Position numbers and translations under genes: made by a program
Notes under the pieces: generated by a model
The model's database searches: none
Told to the model about the DNA's origin: nothing
Seen by the model: only the letters and a program-made list of their open reading frames with translations
Assembly (NCBI GenBank): GCA_000002445.1
Contig: AL929603.2
Coordinates: 896,001-960,000 of the forward strand
Direction: 5' to 3'
Length of the DNA stretch: 64,000 nucleotides
Origin: Trypanosoma brucei
Taxonomy: Eukaryota
In this document: in pieces, positions 1-11,602 of the stretch
Position numbering within the stretch: position 1 is the stretch's first letter
How the letters are laid out: each line of letters starts with the position of its first letter

Positions 1-425
1 TGAGCCAATGTATATATATATATATTAAACGTATTGATAACTCCGTTCTATGAGATGAAAGGGGTAAAAAAAAAAGAAAAAGAAAAGAAGAGAGGGAAAA
101 AAGAGTGACAGCGTGGCAGTGAATTATACATGCCATTCCGCACACATTTTCATTTTTTGTCACCCCAATGGGGTCTCTCTGTTGTTGCCTCCTTGTTGGA
201 AATGGCCGGCAGGCATTTTAAAGGCGACGGGGTTCATATATGAGTGTTGTTGTTGTTGTTTTTCTTGCTTTTCGCTTTAAAATGAAAATGAATAAAAAGT
301 GAGAGTGAAAGAGAAGGGAACGAAAAGAAGAAAAAAAAAGTAGATCAAACAGACAAACGGACTAAAACGAAAAAGGAAAAGAAAATAAATGAGAGGAAGC
401 GCGGCACTTCCATTTCCATTTCCAT

Positions 426-430
<5 letters not shown>

Positions 431-461
<31 letters not shown>
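431..461. repeat. (TA)n dinucleotide microsatellite, ~15 units
   Basis: Directly visible uninterrupted tatata run. Confidence 0.95.
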
Positions 462-464
<3 letters not shown>

Positions 465-2983
465 CCTCTTCACATTTGCGAAGCATGAAACAAATAAACA
501 AAGAGAAGAAGAAAAAAAAGATATGGGGTGAGTTGAGATCATAATAATTTACTACAATTACTGTTATGATGGTTATTTTTATTACTGTTGTCAAGTCAAC
601 ACAAGGAGAGGATTAGAGGCGTGAAAAGGAGAGAAAACAAATTTTGAAATATAAAGCACTTTTTTTTTTGTTGCTGTTGTTGATGTTGATGAATTTTGAT
701 GATGTTCCCTCCTTTTTTTAAAAAAATTTAACTACCTATTTATCTATTTATCTATTTATTTAGTTATCTTTCTTTCCTTCTTTGTTTTATTTTTATTTTG
801 TGTCCTACCGTTTTGATTTGACTCTTTCCGTTGCTATATTTCCATTTATTAGACGTAATGAAGTGTTTTGAAAGATACAAGAAAGACAAGAAAAGAAAAG
901 AGAAGGAAAAGAAAAAAGAAAACAACAACAACAACATTATTAAAAGAAGAAAAGAAAAGAAGAAGCAAATAAAACAAATAAAAGGGGAAATGAGGGAGTG
1001 TTCTCTCTATCCCTGCGTGGGACTGCAGGAGGTTCCAGCAGTTATGCACATGTAGTTCATATGTTATGTATTAATGTCGTGAGGGGAAAATGATGACACG
1101 TATTTATTTATTTGTGTGTGTTTTATTATTATTATTATTTAAAATAAATAAATAAACATAAAACAAAAACAAAAATATAAAAATGTTTATTTATGCCTGT
1201 GAGAAGAGACATGGAAAAGGAAAAGGGGAATACGGGAGAGGGAGAGTATGGGAAGAGGAATATATAGGGAAAAATAGAGCAAAAAGGAATGGAGGGTTCC
1301 GTTTGGTTTTCGATGGTAATATTCATAATAAATAATAAATAATAATAATGAGAAAAATAATGAGGTGAAATATGCGGGATTGTGTTTATATGGCGCGCAC
1401 ACATTTTTTCTTTTTTTTGTTTTTGCATCATCATTGCTTTGGCTACTTGTTTTCTTTTCTTTTCTTTTTTTTTGCATTATTTGTTTACTGGGAAGAATTT
1501 TTTTGTTTTGTGTGTTTGTGTGTGTGTGGGTTTTTTTTTTGCCACTGGATCAAATAAAATAGCGGCAACAATAATAAAAAGAAAAAAAAGAGAAAGACTA
1601 AGGGAAATTATAATTGTTGTGTTAAATGTTAAACAAAAGTGAGTAATGTAAACAAAAAGAAATTATATATATTTCTAATGGGAGCAGGAGAAAAAAAAAG
1701 GAAGAGAGGAGAAAATAAAAATAAAATAAAAATAAAATACAAGGAGGTTTGGAGGATTACGATATTTGGAGTTTATGAACATAAGGGGGTAAATAGTCAC
1801 CGTGAGATGAGAGTGAGGGTAAACGTGAAGATAAATAAATAAATTAATCGTATATGTAATAATGAAAAAAAAAAGGTGAATACTTGGAGAAAAGTATAAC
1901 AAAAAATAAACAAAAAGAAAAGAAAAGAGGAAAATGCAGGAGGAGAAAAAAGAGGGATGAAGTCCCATGCGACAGTGTCCCACCGTTTTCTAAGATTTTT
2001 TTTCGTTCCATTTACAATTTTGCCACTGAACACGTCACAGTTTCCTTTTTCCTTTTTTCCTTTTCCTCCTCTCCTCCGTCATTGCCCTTAAATTAAAGAA
2101 TATGCGAATGATATGGTAACGTTGGGGAAGAGAAATGTCTGGGGAAATTTACATATGTTTTATATACCTGTTGGTTCGCACTTTATATATATATATATTT
2201 ATTTATTTTCCAGTTGTGTTTGTTGAAACCCGTGAGTCTGAGAGAAAATAGAAGGAAGTGAAGTGCAGCGGGTTCGCGCTTCTTTTTTTTTTTTATAGAG
2301 TTTTTTTTTTACATTTTTACTCATCTCCGGTATGGTGGCGCACAGCAGTAATTCCTAATATTATTATTATTAATTATTAATTATTGTTTATTATTATTAT
2401 TATCATTTCCCTTTCCTTCCCTCTTTTCAGCTCCGAAGTTCCGTATGTGTCAAACTTCCACAAAAATGTCGAATGTAGAGGCTCCTGCCAGCGAAATGAA
2501 CAAAAAAGAAAGAAAAAAGGAAGAAAAGGAAAGAGAGCAGGGTAAAGTTTTAAAAAAAGAAAAAAATACTAAAAAGGAAAGTTTCTCCCTGTCTTTTTTT
2601 AAAAAAAATTTATTTACACTTTTATTTCATGAATTTTGGTTCTTTCTTTGTTTGTTTGTTTCTTTCTTCTCATTTCTTCTCTCATTTCCTCGTAATTCGG
2701 TGCCACTGTACGTTTATATCATGGCAACAGTGCCACAACCGTATGTCACCATCGCTACCACTGTTATTATATTATATATTTATATTTATATAGTAATAAT
2801 ACTAAAAATAATTACTTTCATTACGACTAGTACCTACGATTACTACCATTGCTAGAGGAGTGGTTGTAGTGAAATAGTTGGAAATATTATGTGATGTTGC
2901 TAACAATTATTGCGGTGCATACGAACATATACACATATGCTTATATATGCGTATGTGCGTGTGTCAGTGCCATGTCGTCTTTT

Positions 2984-3240
2984 ATTTATTTTCATTTTTA
3001 TTCCTCTTTCACCTGGTTCTCCCAACTTGTTGTTCGCGTATGTATTTTTCTCGTTTTCTTTTTTTCCTCTTCTTCTTTTCTTTTCCTTTTGTGAATGTTG
3101 AGTTGAGTTGAGTTTAGTTTAGTTTCTGTTTTACTTTTTGTTTTTTTTTCCTTTTTTATTTAGTTGCTGGCTCCCTGTCTTTGAATCTCTGCGGGGAGCC
3201 TCTGTTGTGGTATATTCTCGTTTCTTTTTTTTTTTTTGTG
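2984..3240 (+). promoter_or_regulatory. Polypyrimidine-rich tract upstream of first gene (candidate trans-splice/polyadenylation signal region)
   Basis: Long C/T-rich run with interspersed AG dinucleotides ending ~400 nt before ATG 3638. Trypanosomatid mRNAs are trans-spliced downstream of such tracts. Confidence 0.4.
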
Positions 3241-3637
3241 TTTGTGTGACTTTGCGGCAGTCCATCAACGAAACTTATAAAAGTGAAAAGGAAACAAAAA
3301 CAAAAGGAAAGGAACGTTGAAAAAAAAACCCCTAAGAGATATTAACTATCAACATTTACGAAGAAAGGATAGGGGGAATAGATATAACGGGAAGCCGCAT
3401 TGATACAAAAATATACACATACACACAAGGGAATAAATATATACTCATAAATATAGAAGGTAAGAGAGGGAAAGAAAAATAAAAAAAGAAAAAAAGAAAA
3501 GGAAAAGGAATAAGGGAATAAGGGAATAAGAGAACAGAAACCAGAGACACATACACACACGAAGAAGGACAAGTAGTCCATTGTCGAGCTGTTTTCTTTT
3601 TTTTGTCTGTTTACCGTAACGAAGTGAGCATTTTTCA

Positions 3638-5788
3638 ATGAGTAGTACTGAAAGCAGCGGTGGAGGGTCGAGTAACGCTTCCCCAAGGTCAGATGGTGAA
3701 GGCTCCACTTCCATTACTAGAGTCAGCAGCAGCAGCAGCAGCGATAGCAGTAAAAGCAGCAGCAAAAGTAGTACCAGCAGCAGCGGTAGCAGTAAAAGCA
3801 GCAGCGAAGATGAGAGAAAGAAAAACCCTGGAAAGAAAAAAGGAGTGTCTGTGCAGTCAAGTGACACGACGAGTTATAATATGCAGTCGTCTTCGTTCAA
3901 AGTTAGCGGATCTACTGAAAGAAAAGACAGCCGTAGCACAACAACGAAGTCCCAACTTGGGTCAGAAAGTAAAGCACAAACTAGTTTAGATTCAGAACTA
4001 GCGACAACAGAAGATAAATCGGGGTGCCGTGAGGAGTGGGCGGAGTTGCGCAACATGGTGTCGGATATCCGCTCGCGAATGAAGCAGTGCCACCTGCCAC
4101 CATTAGATGTGACAGTAATTGAAAAGTTTATACTCCGAGTAGTGGAGGAGAGCGAAGGGGGTAACAGCTCACCCGCAGTCGTCTCCGCTCCTCAGCGCCT
4201 CAGGAATTGCGGGAGGGTTCGCCCACTGCGATATTCTTTGCCTGGAGGGCCATATGTTAGAAACATACCGAGTCGCATTACTGTGACGAAGTCACTTGGG
4301 CGTGTGGTGCAGTTCAGAGCGCGGTCACGTCACGCCGATCATTATAATTCCGTGTACAATCAGTTGCAGGCCGCTGCTGATGTATGTGTGCCGGGACGCT
4401 TAAGCGCAACGGAAGGTGGCGATGGTGGTGGTAGTGCCGTTGGTGCGCATGGAAGTAAAATGCCAGGAGGATCTTCTCACGCTCCGTTGGTTTTCGTTGG
4501 GTACGATAACGGTAACGGTGATAAAGGCGGTGACATTGATATGGACCAGGATATAGACGTGCCAATGTTGTTTACTCCAGGTGTAATGGAGGTTATATGC
4601 CTAGACAACATTTTGCGCAGGCATGAGCAATCCATTCTCATCACGCTGGCTGCCATTAACAAACGGGAATCTGTTATGGAGAGACTTCGTGCCTTCTTGG
4701 TTATTGCTGCTAAAGATTTATCTATACCTTCAGCGGGTGGATATGACGTGGGGACGGATGGTTGTTCCAATAGTGCAGACGGCAATCCTGCATCTGCTAC
4801 TGCATCGTCTCTGGTTCTCCAGCGCTGTGGTGCACCGGTACCCCTTAGGCGTTACATGGATGTTAACGATGCGAGCTGGACTTCATTCCGTGCCAAAGCC
4901 AACAAGAAGAAGTGGGGTGTTCAAAGTTTGAAACAGCGGTGGGGCTCCGATGCACGACTGCGCGGCGGATATCCGGCCGTGTGGCAGCGCTATTATAAGT
5001 TGGGTGTGTTGTGCCTCTTATATCAGCTCCAGCAGGCATCGTTGGAGGTGGTGGAGGGCATTCGTGCATGGCGTGGGACTCTTACCGCCCCGTTTCCATT
5101 TGTTACCAAAGGGCACAATTATTTGCTTGCCATGGCGCAAAGTATGGCTGAACTCGCCAATGACCCCGTCATGCATTTCCTCTTCCCGCCACCTACCCCG
5201 AGGAAGAAGAGGCCTGGGGAACCAAAACCAAAGCCTGGCATCAGTTTCAAATTTAGTGATCCCGACCCGGCGAGTTTTGTATTGCCCATGTGCCTACAAT
5301 ATTACCCACTGCTTTCCAATATGCCGCATTTACCAGTGTACAAACAACCTCCTAATGCTTTGGTTGGGATTAACACTCCATTCGACTTTGGAGGTGCTGA
5401 CACCAAAGGAAATGAGGAGGGTCTGAGAGGAACAATTCCCATGCCATCTTCTTATGTTGGGGCATTGGTGGTGCATCAAGGCCGTATACGCCCTAACAGT
5501 AGCAGTGGCGGCAGCGGTTCCTCTCAGACCCTTTTAGATTTATCGTATGGCCGTCGGTTATTAAAGGCTGAACAGGTTGTACATAGTGAACTGCGTGTAC
5601 AGTTGCGGTTGATAGAATGGGAATTGACGTTGTGTGCGAAGGGGTGTTATCCCCTTCTGCTACGCGATGTGGGCCAAACGGAAGTAGTATATTTACGATC
5701 AACAAAGCGGCAAGAAGAATGGTACTTTCACCTGCGTGACAAACTCATTTGTCTTGAGGAGGGAAGTAGTGCCGTAGTGAGAGGTTAG
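3638..5788 (+). CDS. Hypothetical protein, 716 aa, Ser-rich N-terminus
   Basis: Long ATG-initiated ORF (atg confirmed at 3638). The first ~80 aa are a poly-Ser/Lys low-complexity region (SSSSSSDSSKSSSKSS). No domain recognised by eye. Preceded by a polypyrimidine tract. Confidence 0.6.
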   Translation: MSSTESSGGGSSNASPRSDGEGSTSITRVSSSSSSDSSKSSSKSSTSSSGSSKSSSEDERKKNPGKKKGVSVQSSDTTSYNMQSSSFKVSGSTERKDSRSTTTKSQLGSESKAQTSLDSELATTEDKSGCREEWAELRNMVSDIRSRMKQCHLPPLDVTVIEKFILRVVEESEGGNSSPAVVSAPQRLRNCGRVRPLRYSLPGGPYVRNIPSRITVTKSLGRVVQFRARSRHADHYNSVYNQLQAAADVCVPGRLSATEGGDGGGSAVGAHGSKMPGGSSHAPLVFVGYDNGNGDKGGDIDMDQDIDVPMLFTPGVMEVICLDNILRRHEQSILITLAAINKRESVMERLRAFLVIAAKDLSIPSAGGYDVGTDGCSNSADGNPASATASSLVLQRCGAPVPLRRYMDVNDASWTSFRAKANKKKWGVQSLKQRWGSDARLRGGYPAVWQRYYKLGVLCLLYQLQQASLEVVEGIRAWRGTLTAPFPFVTKGHNYLLAMAQSMAELANDPVMHFLFPPPTPRKKRPGEPKPKPGISFKFSDPDPASFVLPMCLQYYPLLSNMPHLPVYKQPPNALVGINTPFDFGGADTKGNEEGLRGTIPMPSSYVGALVVHQGRIRPNSSSGGSGSSQTLLDLSYGRRLLKAEQVVHSELRVQLRLIEWELTLCAKGCYPLLLRDVGQTEVVYLRSTKRQEEWYFHLRDKLICLEEGSSAVVRG

Positions 5789-6660
5789 AGGGGCTAATTT
5801 AATGTTTTAATTATTTTTGTTATTTTTACTTTTCGTTACTAGAAGGTACGCGTCCACGTCTCACCCAATTTTCCCCCCTCTCTTCATCCGTGACACGTGC
5901 ATGTATATATGCTTTTGCCTATGCTTGTGCTTATGCTTGTGTGTTTACATGTGTAACCACCGCCCTATATTCTTCTTTGTTCATCCCTGTTGCTCTTTTC
6001 ATTTCTCTCCCCCATTTGCTTTACTCCGCTTCCGCTTCCTCTCCTTCATTTTTTATTTTTCCGTATTTGCTTATTATAGCTTTAATTTTAATTTTAATTT
6101 TGTTGTTCGTCCTTATTTTCATTGGTTTTCATTTCTTTTTTTTTCTGTTTTGTGTGCACTTTTTTGTCACATTATTTGCATATACTTTTTAAAGAATTTG
6201 CACATGGTCATGAGGTCTCAGTTGTGTAGACGAGCGGGTAAGGAGAAAAGAAAAGAAAAGAAGAGAAGAGAAGAGAAGAGGAGATGAGAAGATGAGAGAA
6301 TAGAGAAGATAAAGTGACGATAACAAAGTCACAGAAACAAATAGATGAGTGAATGAGGAGACATGTGTGACGGGAAGGGGGAGAATTTTTTTTTTTAAAA
6401 GAAAAAGTGAATGCTTCTGATGTTTATTTAGGAAGAAGAAGAAGGGACGCCGGTACCTACCCGTGTATTTGTGTGCATGCCGATGCCGCAACTCCCTTTG
6501 AGAGAAGAAAGAGAGAAGAAAAAAAGAAGGAAGAGGAAAGTTTATATATATAAATATATATAAACATATGTCTGTGGGAGTGGGAGTGCGTACATAAAAG
6601 GGAATGATAGAAGCACATGAATGAGAGATAAAGAGAAAAGATCAGAGAGTGTCGGTCATT

Positions 6661-6830
6661 ATTATTATTATTTTTTTTTTTTGGCTGCAAAACTTTACAT
6701 TCCCTATATTATGTTCACAGCTGCCTTCATTTCTTTGCACTTTCTCTACTCCGTATAATCTTTTCTCCTCTTTTCTTTTTTTTCTTTTCTTTATATATTT
6801 TCCCATCCTACTTATGCAGTGCCCAAGGAA
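6661..6830 (+). promoter_or_regulatory. Polypyrimidine tract / candidate splice-acceptor region for SMP paralogue 1
   Basis: C/T-rich run (ttttctcctcttttcttttttttcttttc...) ending in cag, upstream of ATG 7224. Confidence 0.4.
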
Positions 6831-7223
6831 GAACATCTTATGTGAGCATTTCATAGGACAGAAGCGGAATCAACATCAGGTGGGACGCCACACAACACAT
6901 TTGTCAAAAACTTGAACGTGTGCTCTCCTGAAGGAAGAGAAACATAAAAAACACCACCACCACCACCACCACCACCAACAACAACAACTAAACAGAAAAC
7001 TAAACTAAAAAAAAGAATAGGGGGAAGGGTGTGGTACACTGACAACGCAAACGAAGGACAGATTAGCCTACTGTGAGGGTTGGAACTTTTAAAAAAAAAA
7101 TAATTAAAAAATCCGGAAAGGAAAAGTTTCAATAATAAAAGGAAAAAGAGAGAGAGAACGGGACAAAAGAGGAGGAAGTCTCTCTCTGTGTGTGTGTGTG
7201 TTTGTGTGTTTGTGTGAGACGTG

Positions 7224-9026
7224 ATGGATACTCTCTTTTATTTTCCTGTTGGATGCCTTATTGGCGCTGTTTGTGTAGTTATATGTTACCTCTTTGGCAT
7301 GGAGTGTCCGGTATTTGTTGGTTCCACCGTCAAGGGCGCCGCATGCTTTATGGTGCAGAAGCTTACTAACTGTGATGTTTCCCTTTTACGCAGCAGCACA
7401 TTATTCATACCATCTGATAGTTCCTCTTTTTCTTTTGTCCCGAATCATGGGATTGGATCAGCTGCCAGGAGGTCGCTGTATGGCAGGAATGATAATGAGA
7501 TTAAAAATCCACTGATGACACAACGATGCCAGAGTCCTCACTCGGCGGGATCGACTTTATCACCGGAACGGTTAACAGTCATGTGCCAACTGGCCATGTG
7601 CCATGAAGATGAGGAGGATTATGTTGTGAGGAACTGCCACCTGGTGATGTCGGAATCGTTTATGATGTTATACGAAGTGCTTTCTTCACATAGCGTTGGA
7701 AACCATGAACGTGCAATTACAAATGAACGTTTTATTGGCCGCATACAGATGGACCGAGTGGTATCCCGGGCGATTTATGTGAGCTCGGCGGATAAGCGCT
7801 CCCTTCGCACCGGTGGGTTGCATGGGCACATGTTGATGCTCACAACTCATTCGGGCGATGACGGTCTCTTCTTTGAGGCTGAAGATGGTGAATGTGGTAT
7901 AGAGGAGGAGGATCCATCATTGGGTGTGACGGTGCGTGGCAGTAAATGGTGGGATGCAAGTAGTAAAACCCTTCATGATGTAATGTTAGGGAGGAGGAGG
8001 AGCAGTGGGTTGGTAGGTGTCACTAAGAGGGATGAGTCAGTTGAAAAACTCAGCAACTCGGCTAGTCTTCGTGCATCTGTCGGCGGACATGGGGAGAATT
8101 CATGCAGTGACCACGTTGGTGGGGGGAGTCCATGGGATGAAGATAATGGTAGTGAAGAGCCCGACCCCGATGCCAAAGGAACATCACAGATGTATATATT
8201 TTTGAAGTTTCGCTACGCGCGGGAGCAAGAGCGGGTGCACAATCTCCTTGTGGGAATGCACGAAGCGGTGCATTGGCACGAGTACTTGCAGACAATCCCA
8301 ACACCTAATGCCTTCAATGTCTTTCTGTCACGCGTGATATTTCAAAGTCTGCGTAGTACGGCGCTCGCCAACTTTATTCGTGAGAAGATCCAAAAATCAT
8401 TGGACATCATGGCCGTCAAAAAGTTCCCGAGAGGGCTTGAAGGTCGGATTCTTCTCGATGACGTTGCCCTAAACTCTGAGGTTCCTGTCATTAGCAATGT
8501 AACGGATCCACTTATTTTGGCGAAGGGTGAAATGATGTTCGACCTCGACATATTGTACCGTGGTGGTGCCTCGCTTCTGTTTCGATCGTGTTTGACGTAT
8601 CGTGGTGTTCGCATTCCCCACGTTACACTTTATGTGAAACTCGTGCGGGCAGAGGCGCGGCTGCGAGTGAGCGTTGGTCCGCCACCCAGCAAAGTGTTTT
8701 GGGTTGGCTGCCTCGCTCCACCGGATGTGCAATTGGAGGTGAGTCAAGGCATGGAAAGCGGTCATGGCTTGCTTCATCGCCTCCTCACCTCACTGCCTAA
8801 TTTGAGCGGTATCGTAACGAAACTTCTCAAATTGTACCTCTTGCATGAGATGATGTTGCCACTGATGGATGACTTTCCACTGCCTAATGTTGAGGACACA
8901 CCTCCCGTTACACCGCGAGATGATGGCAAGAAGACGTGGAATGTTCCGTTTTGTAGAAGGGAGGCGATGAGGTACATTCAGGAGCATATGAACATACACT
9001 GGTTTCAGGAGGCGGGTGATCATTAG
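7224..9026 (+). CDS. SMP/TULIP-domain (synaptotagmin-like mitochondrial lipid-binding) protein, N-terminal TM anchor; paralogue 1
   Basis: The ORF-track start at 7221 is GTG and the first ATG is at 7224. The hydrophobic N-terminus (LFYFPVGCLIGAVCVVICYLF) looks like a TM anchor. The C-terminal ~170 aa (ILLDDVALNSEVPVISNVTDP...MFDLDILYRGGASLLFRS...VKLVRAEARLRVSVGPPPSKVFWVGCLAPP...LPNLSGIVTKLLKLYLLHEMMLPLMDDFPLP) follows the block order I recall for the extended-synaptotagmin/TEX2 SMP domain (DLG..P.I..V.V; I.LDL.ISF.G; RV.LEP; DIPGL...VLP..I.VPL). This is clearly paralogous to the next gene. Confidence 0.6.
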   Translation: MDTLFYFPVGCLIGAVCVVICYLFGMECPVFVGSTVKGAACFMVQKLTNCDVSLLRSSTLFIPSDSSSFSFVPNHGIGSAARRSLYGRNDNEIKNPLMTQRCQSPHSAGSTLSPERLTVMCQLAMCHEDEEDYVVRNCHLVMSESFMMLYEVLSSHSVGNHERAITNERFIGRIQMDRVVSRAIYVSSADKRSLRTGGLHGHMLMLTTHSGDDGLFFEAEDGECGIEEEDPSLGVTVRGSKWWDASSKTLHDVMLGRRRSSGLVGVTKRDESVEKLSNSASLRASVGGHGENSCSDHVGGGSPWDEDNGSEEPDPDAKGTSQMYIFLKFRYAREQERVHNLLVGMHEAVHWHEYLQTIPTPNAFNVFLSRVIFQSLRSTALANFIREKIQKSLDIMAVKKFPRGLEGRILLDDVALNSEVPVISNVTDPLILAKGEMMFDLDILYRGGASLLFRSCLTYRGVRIPHVTLYVKLVRAEARLRVSVGPPPSKVFWVGCLAPPDVQLEVSQGMESGHGLLHRLLTSLPNLSGIVTKLLKLYLLHEMMLPLMDDFPLPNVEDTPPVTPRDDGKKTWNVPFCRREAMRYIQEHMNIHWFQEAGDH

Positions 9027-9052
9027 GTTTTGGGTTTGCCCATTTTTGTCCA

Positions 9053-9064
9053 TGTGTGTGTGTG

Positions 9065-9096
<32 letters not shown>
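9053..9096. repeat. Compound (GT)n(TA)n microsatellite
   Basis: gtgtgtgtgtgtgtgtgcatatatatatatatatatatatata, visible directly. Confidence 0.9.
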
Positions 9097-9098
<2 letters not shown>

Positions 9099-9701
9099 TA
9101 TAGTGAAGGTCCCTGGACCACCCACTAAACAGTTTCTTTGACGCGATCTTCTGGCATCCTGCCAAAAATTTCCTGCTTCATCAACGACACTTATCGCTCG
9201 TACGTTGTTTGAGTTCTATTCAACTTGGGGGAGGATTTGAGATGTTTTTCTTTCTTCTTTTGATTGCTTCTGTTTATTGCTTTTCTTTTTCTTCTTTCTT
9301 TTTTTTAAAAACCCTTTTCGCGTGGTGTTGGAGCTTGTGAGCACGCGACACGCTGGAAATGGGGGGAGGGAGATGGGCGGCTCCTCAGGACATTTCGTCG
9401 CAAAAAAAAAAAAGAGGTGTCTGTAGTTATACGCTATACTAACGGACGTGCTTGACTAAAGTTAAGGAAGATAAGTTGTTGCGAGAGCATTATCTTATCT
9501 CTGTATATGCATACAAATATTTGCATATACAGATGTAAGAATATTCCTACGTGCAGATTGGTTGTTGATTACACTTGCGTCAGAAAACAACAACAACAAG
9601 CAAACATATCTATTGGAGCTTGTTGTACCTGATTTCTGCTTGTCATTATGTTGACCTCAATTTTCTCCTTTTTACAGTTCGCTTCCTTTCGTCTTTTATA
9701 T

Positions 9702-9736
<35 letters not shown>

Positions 9737-10009
9737 CATGTTATTTATTTAATCTTTTTCATCTTTTTTTTTCTCATCTTCTTCTCTCGCATTTCTCATC
9801 GTGAAACACCACGTAATTCCCTGCGCCGTAGCCCTCAGAGCCAAAGTGTAGAAGGAGAGGAGAGACATTTAAACGAAAGGGGTGGTGAAGGCGGAGGCCT
9901 CCACCAATCCGCTTCGAGTGCCCGTGCGGACGCTCACACACGCTGTAACGTTGAGCCAATAGCTTTTGTTGCGTTGCAGGAGGAAAGACGGGCGTGTCAG
10001 GTTTTGTGT

Positions 10010-11602
10010 ATGTTGAGTCTGCTGCTTCTACTGCTATGTGGTGTTGCCTGCGGGGCAGTGGCAACTGTCTTTAGCGTGTGGTTCGCTTTCATTAGGTTCG
10101 ATAACTTCCTTCAGCGCGTGTTGGAGCGTAATGAGGAAGCTGCTATCCGAGCATTGGAGGATACGCGTACGAGTGTGACGGTGCCGGCATCCAAAGTGGA
10201 GGGTATTTGTGAAATGGCATGTTTTGATGGTGATGTCGTATGGAAGACGATTCCTGTGCGGGCTGTGCTCTTTGGTTCTACCGTGTCCGTGTATCGATTA
10301 GTTACGCGGGAGATGTCAGATGACCTTAACAACACCGTTGTGTGTGGAGATCAGTTGATTGGGAAGATAAATACAGATTCTGTCATCAGTTCTGTGGTAA
10401 AGATATCTAAATATCATCGACATGTGAATATAGCGGAACGGTGTTCGCCAGTGTCGGGCCAATGTCTTCTGCTTCGTCATAAACCAGGCCTTCCTTTGTT
10501 TCTTGTAGATCCAGTCGTGCAACTGAAGCAAAGACTTCGTCGGAAGCAGAGGGAGCAAACCAGCAGGGGGACAGTTCATCATTCACCGCTTCAAGACGAT
10601 GACGAGGATTTCATCAACGCGAAGGACACGCATAGCGACCAAAGGAACAACAGCCAGAGTAATAACTTGTCCAGTTCTGCGCTTGACTCTTCATCTTCTG
10701 TGGATGGTAGCGGGGAAGACTATAGTAAGTGGACCGCGGTGCTGTTTAAGATGTGTACGAGAAGGGAGTTGGAGCGCTGGTACAATTTGCTCCAGGGTAA
10801 TTCTCAATCAGAGGAGTGGCGCAATTTCATCAAACGGTTAACACGCGCCGATGCTCTCAGTCTTGTAGTTGCACGTCTCTACTTTGCTAACACGGACACG
10901 AGTAGTCTACAAGATTTGCTCACCCGAAAGATCAGACGGAAGCTACGAAGGGTGTCGAGGAGGCTTCCTAATCACATGAAAGGGGAGATTATACTGGACC
11001 GCTTGGAGCTTGGTGAAGAGATTCCGCTTCTTGACTCGGTAAGCGATCCAGTTGTTTCACCCAATGGTGAGATAGAATTTGACTTTTATCTCCTGTATCG
11101 CGGCGGCCTCCACTTCAGCCTACGGTTCAGCATAACGTATCGCGGCATGCGTGTGCCAGACATTATTTTTAATGTGAAGGTGCTTCAGCTGTCGAACCGT
11201 GTGCGGCTCAATGTCGGTCCCCCTCCATCAGCAAAGATTTGGCTGAGCAGCCCACACACGCCGCATCTGCAGCTGGAGTTTACGCAGGAAGTTGCCACAA
11301 ATGATGGTTTCCTACACACCTTACTGAAGCTCCTTCCAGATATGAGTGCCATCATGACGACCATCGTGAAGGTGAAATTATTTGAGGATATGCTGCTTCC
11401 ATCCATGGATGACTTCCCATTGCCGTGCCTAAGTTACTCTCCATCCTCTTCGGAGGCGAGTGATGATGGTGAAGAGGATGTGGATGCAAAAGTGGAGTAC
11501 AGTTTTGCATCACCAGCAGAAGAGGAGTCGTCACCACCGCCACTCCGCAGCTTTGACGCCGTGAGCATGGGGTCATTGATCGAACGTCGACCACATAGGT
11601 GA
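10010..11602 (+). CDS. SMP/TULIP-domain protein, N-terminal TM anchor; paralogue 2
   Basis: The ORF extends upstream to 9575, but that part reads through a (TA)n/low-complexity intergenic tract (YIYIYIYVYIY). The first ATG after the polypyrimidine tract at ~9735-9800 is 10010 (MLSLLLLLLCGVACGAVATVF, a TM-like N-terminus). The C-terminus (IILDRLELGEEIPLLDSVSDP...FDFYLLYRGGLHFSLRFS...VKVLQLSNRVRLNVGPPPSAKIWLSS...LPDMSAIMTTIVKVKLFEDMLLPSMDDFPLP) is collinear with the previous gene at roughly 40-45% identity. Confidence 0.6.
   Translation: MLSLLLLLLCGVACGAVATVFSVWFAFIRFDNFLQRVLERNEEAAIRALEDTRTSVTVPASKVEGICEMACFDGDVVWKTIPVRAVLFGSTVSVYRLVTREMSDDLNNTVVCGDQLIGKINTDSVISSVVKISKYHRHVNIAERCSPVSGQCLLLRHKPGLPLFLVDPVVQLKQRLRRKQREQTSRGTVHHSPLQDDDEDFINAKDTHSDQRNNSQSNNLSSSALDSSSSVDGSGEDYSKWTAVLFKMCTRRELERWYNLLQGNSQSEEWRNFIKRLTRADALSLVVARLYFANTDTSSLQDLLTRKIRRKLRRVSRRLPNHMKGEIILDRLELGEEIPLLDSVSDPVVSPNGEIEFDFYLLYRGGLHFSLRFSITYRGMRVPDIIFNVKVLQLSNRVRLNVGPPPSAKIWLSSPHTPHLQLEFTQEVATNDGFLHTLLKLLPDMSAIMTTIVKVKLFEDMLLPSMDDFPLPCLSYSPSSSEASDDGEEDVDAKVEYSFASPAEEESSPPPLRSFDAVSMGSLIERRPHR

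Noticed and set aside
2445-2855. 136-aa + ORF (K/E-rich then poly-F/L)
   Set aside because: Reads through A/G-rich then T-rich simple sequence with no recognisable domain. A small real gene cannot be excluded but is not supportable.
4950-5426. 158-aa + strand ORF in an alternative frame
   Set aside because: Fully overlaps the 716-aa gene in another frame, and its Cys/Trp/Arg-rich composition indicates a spurious frame.
9575-10009. N-terminal extension of the second SMP-like ORF
   Set aside because: Translation runs through a (TA)n tract and low-complexity intergenic sequence (YIYIYIYVYIY...FFIFFFLIFF). A polypyrimidine tract and the first ATG at 10010 give a more plausible start.
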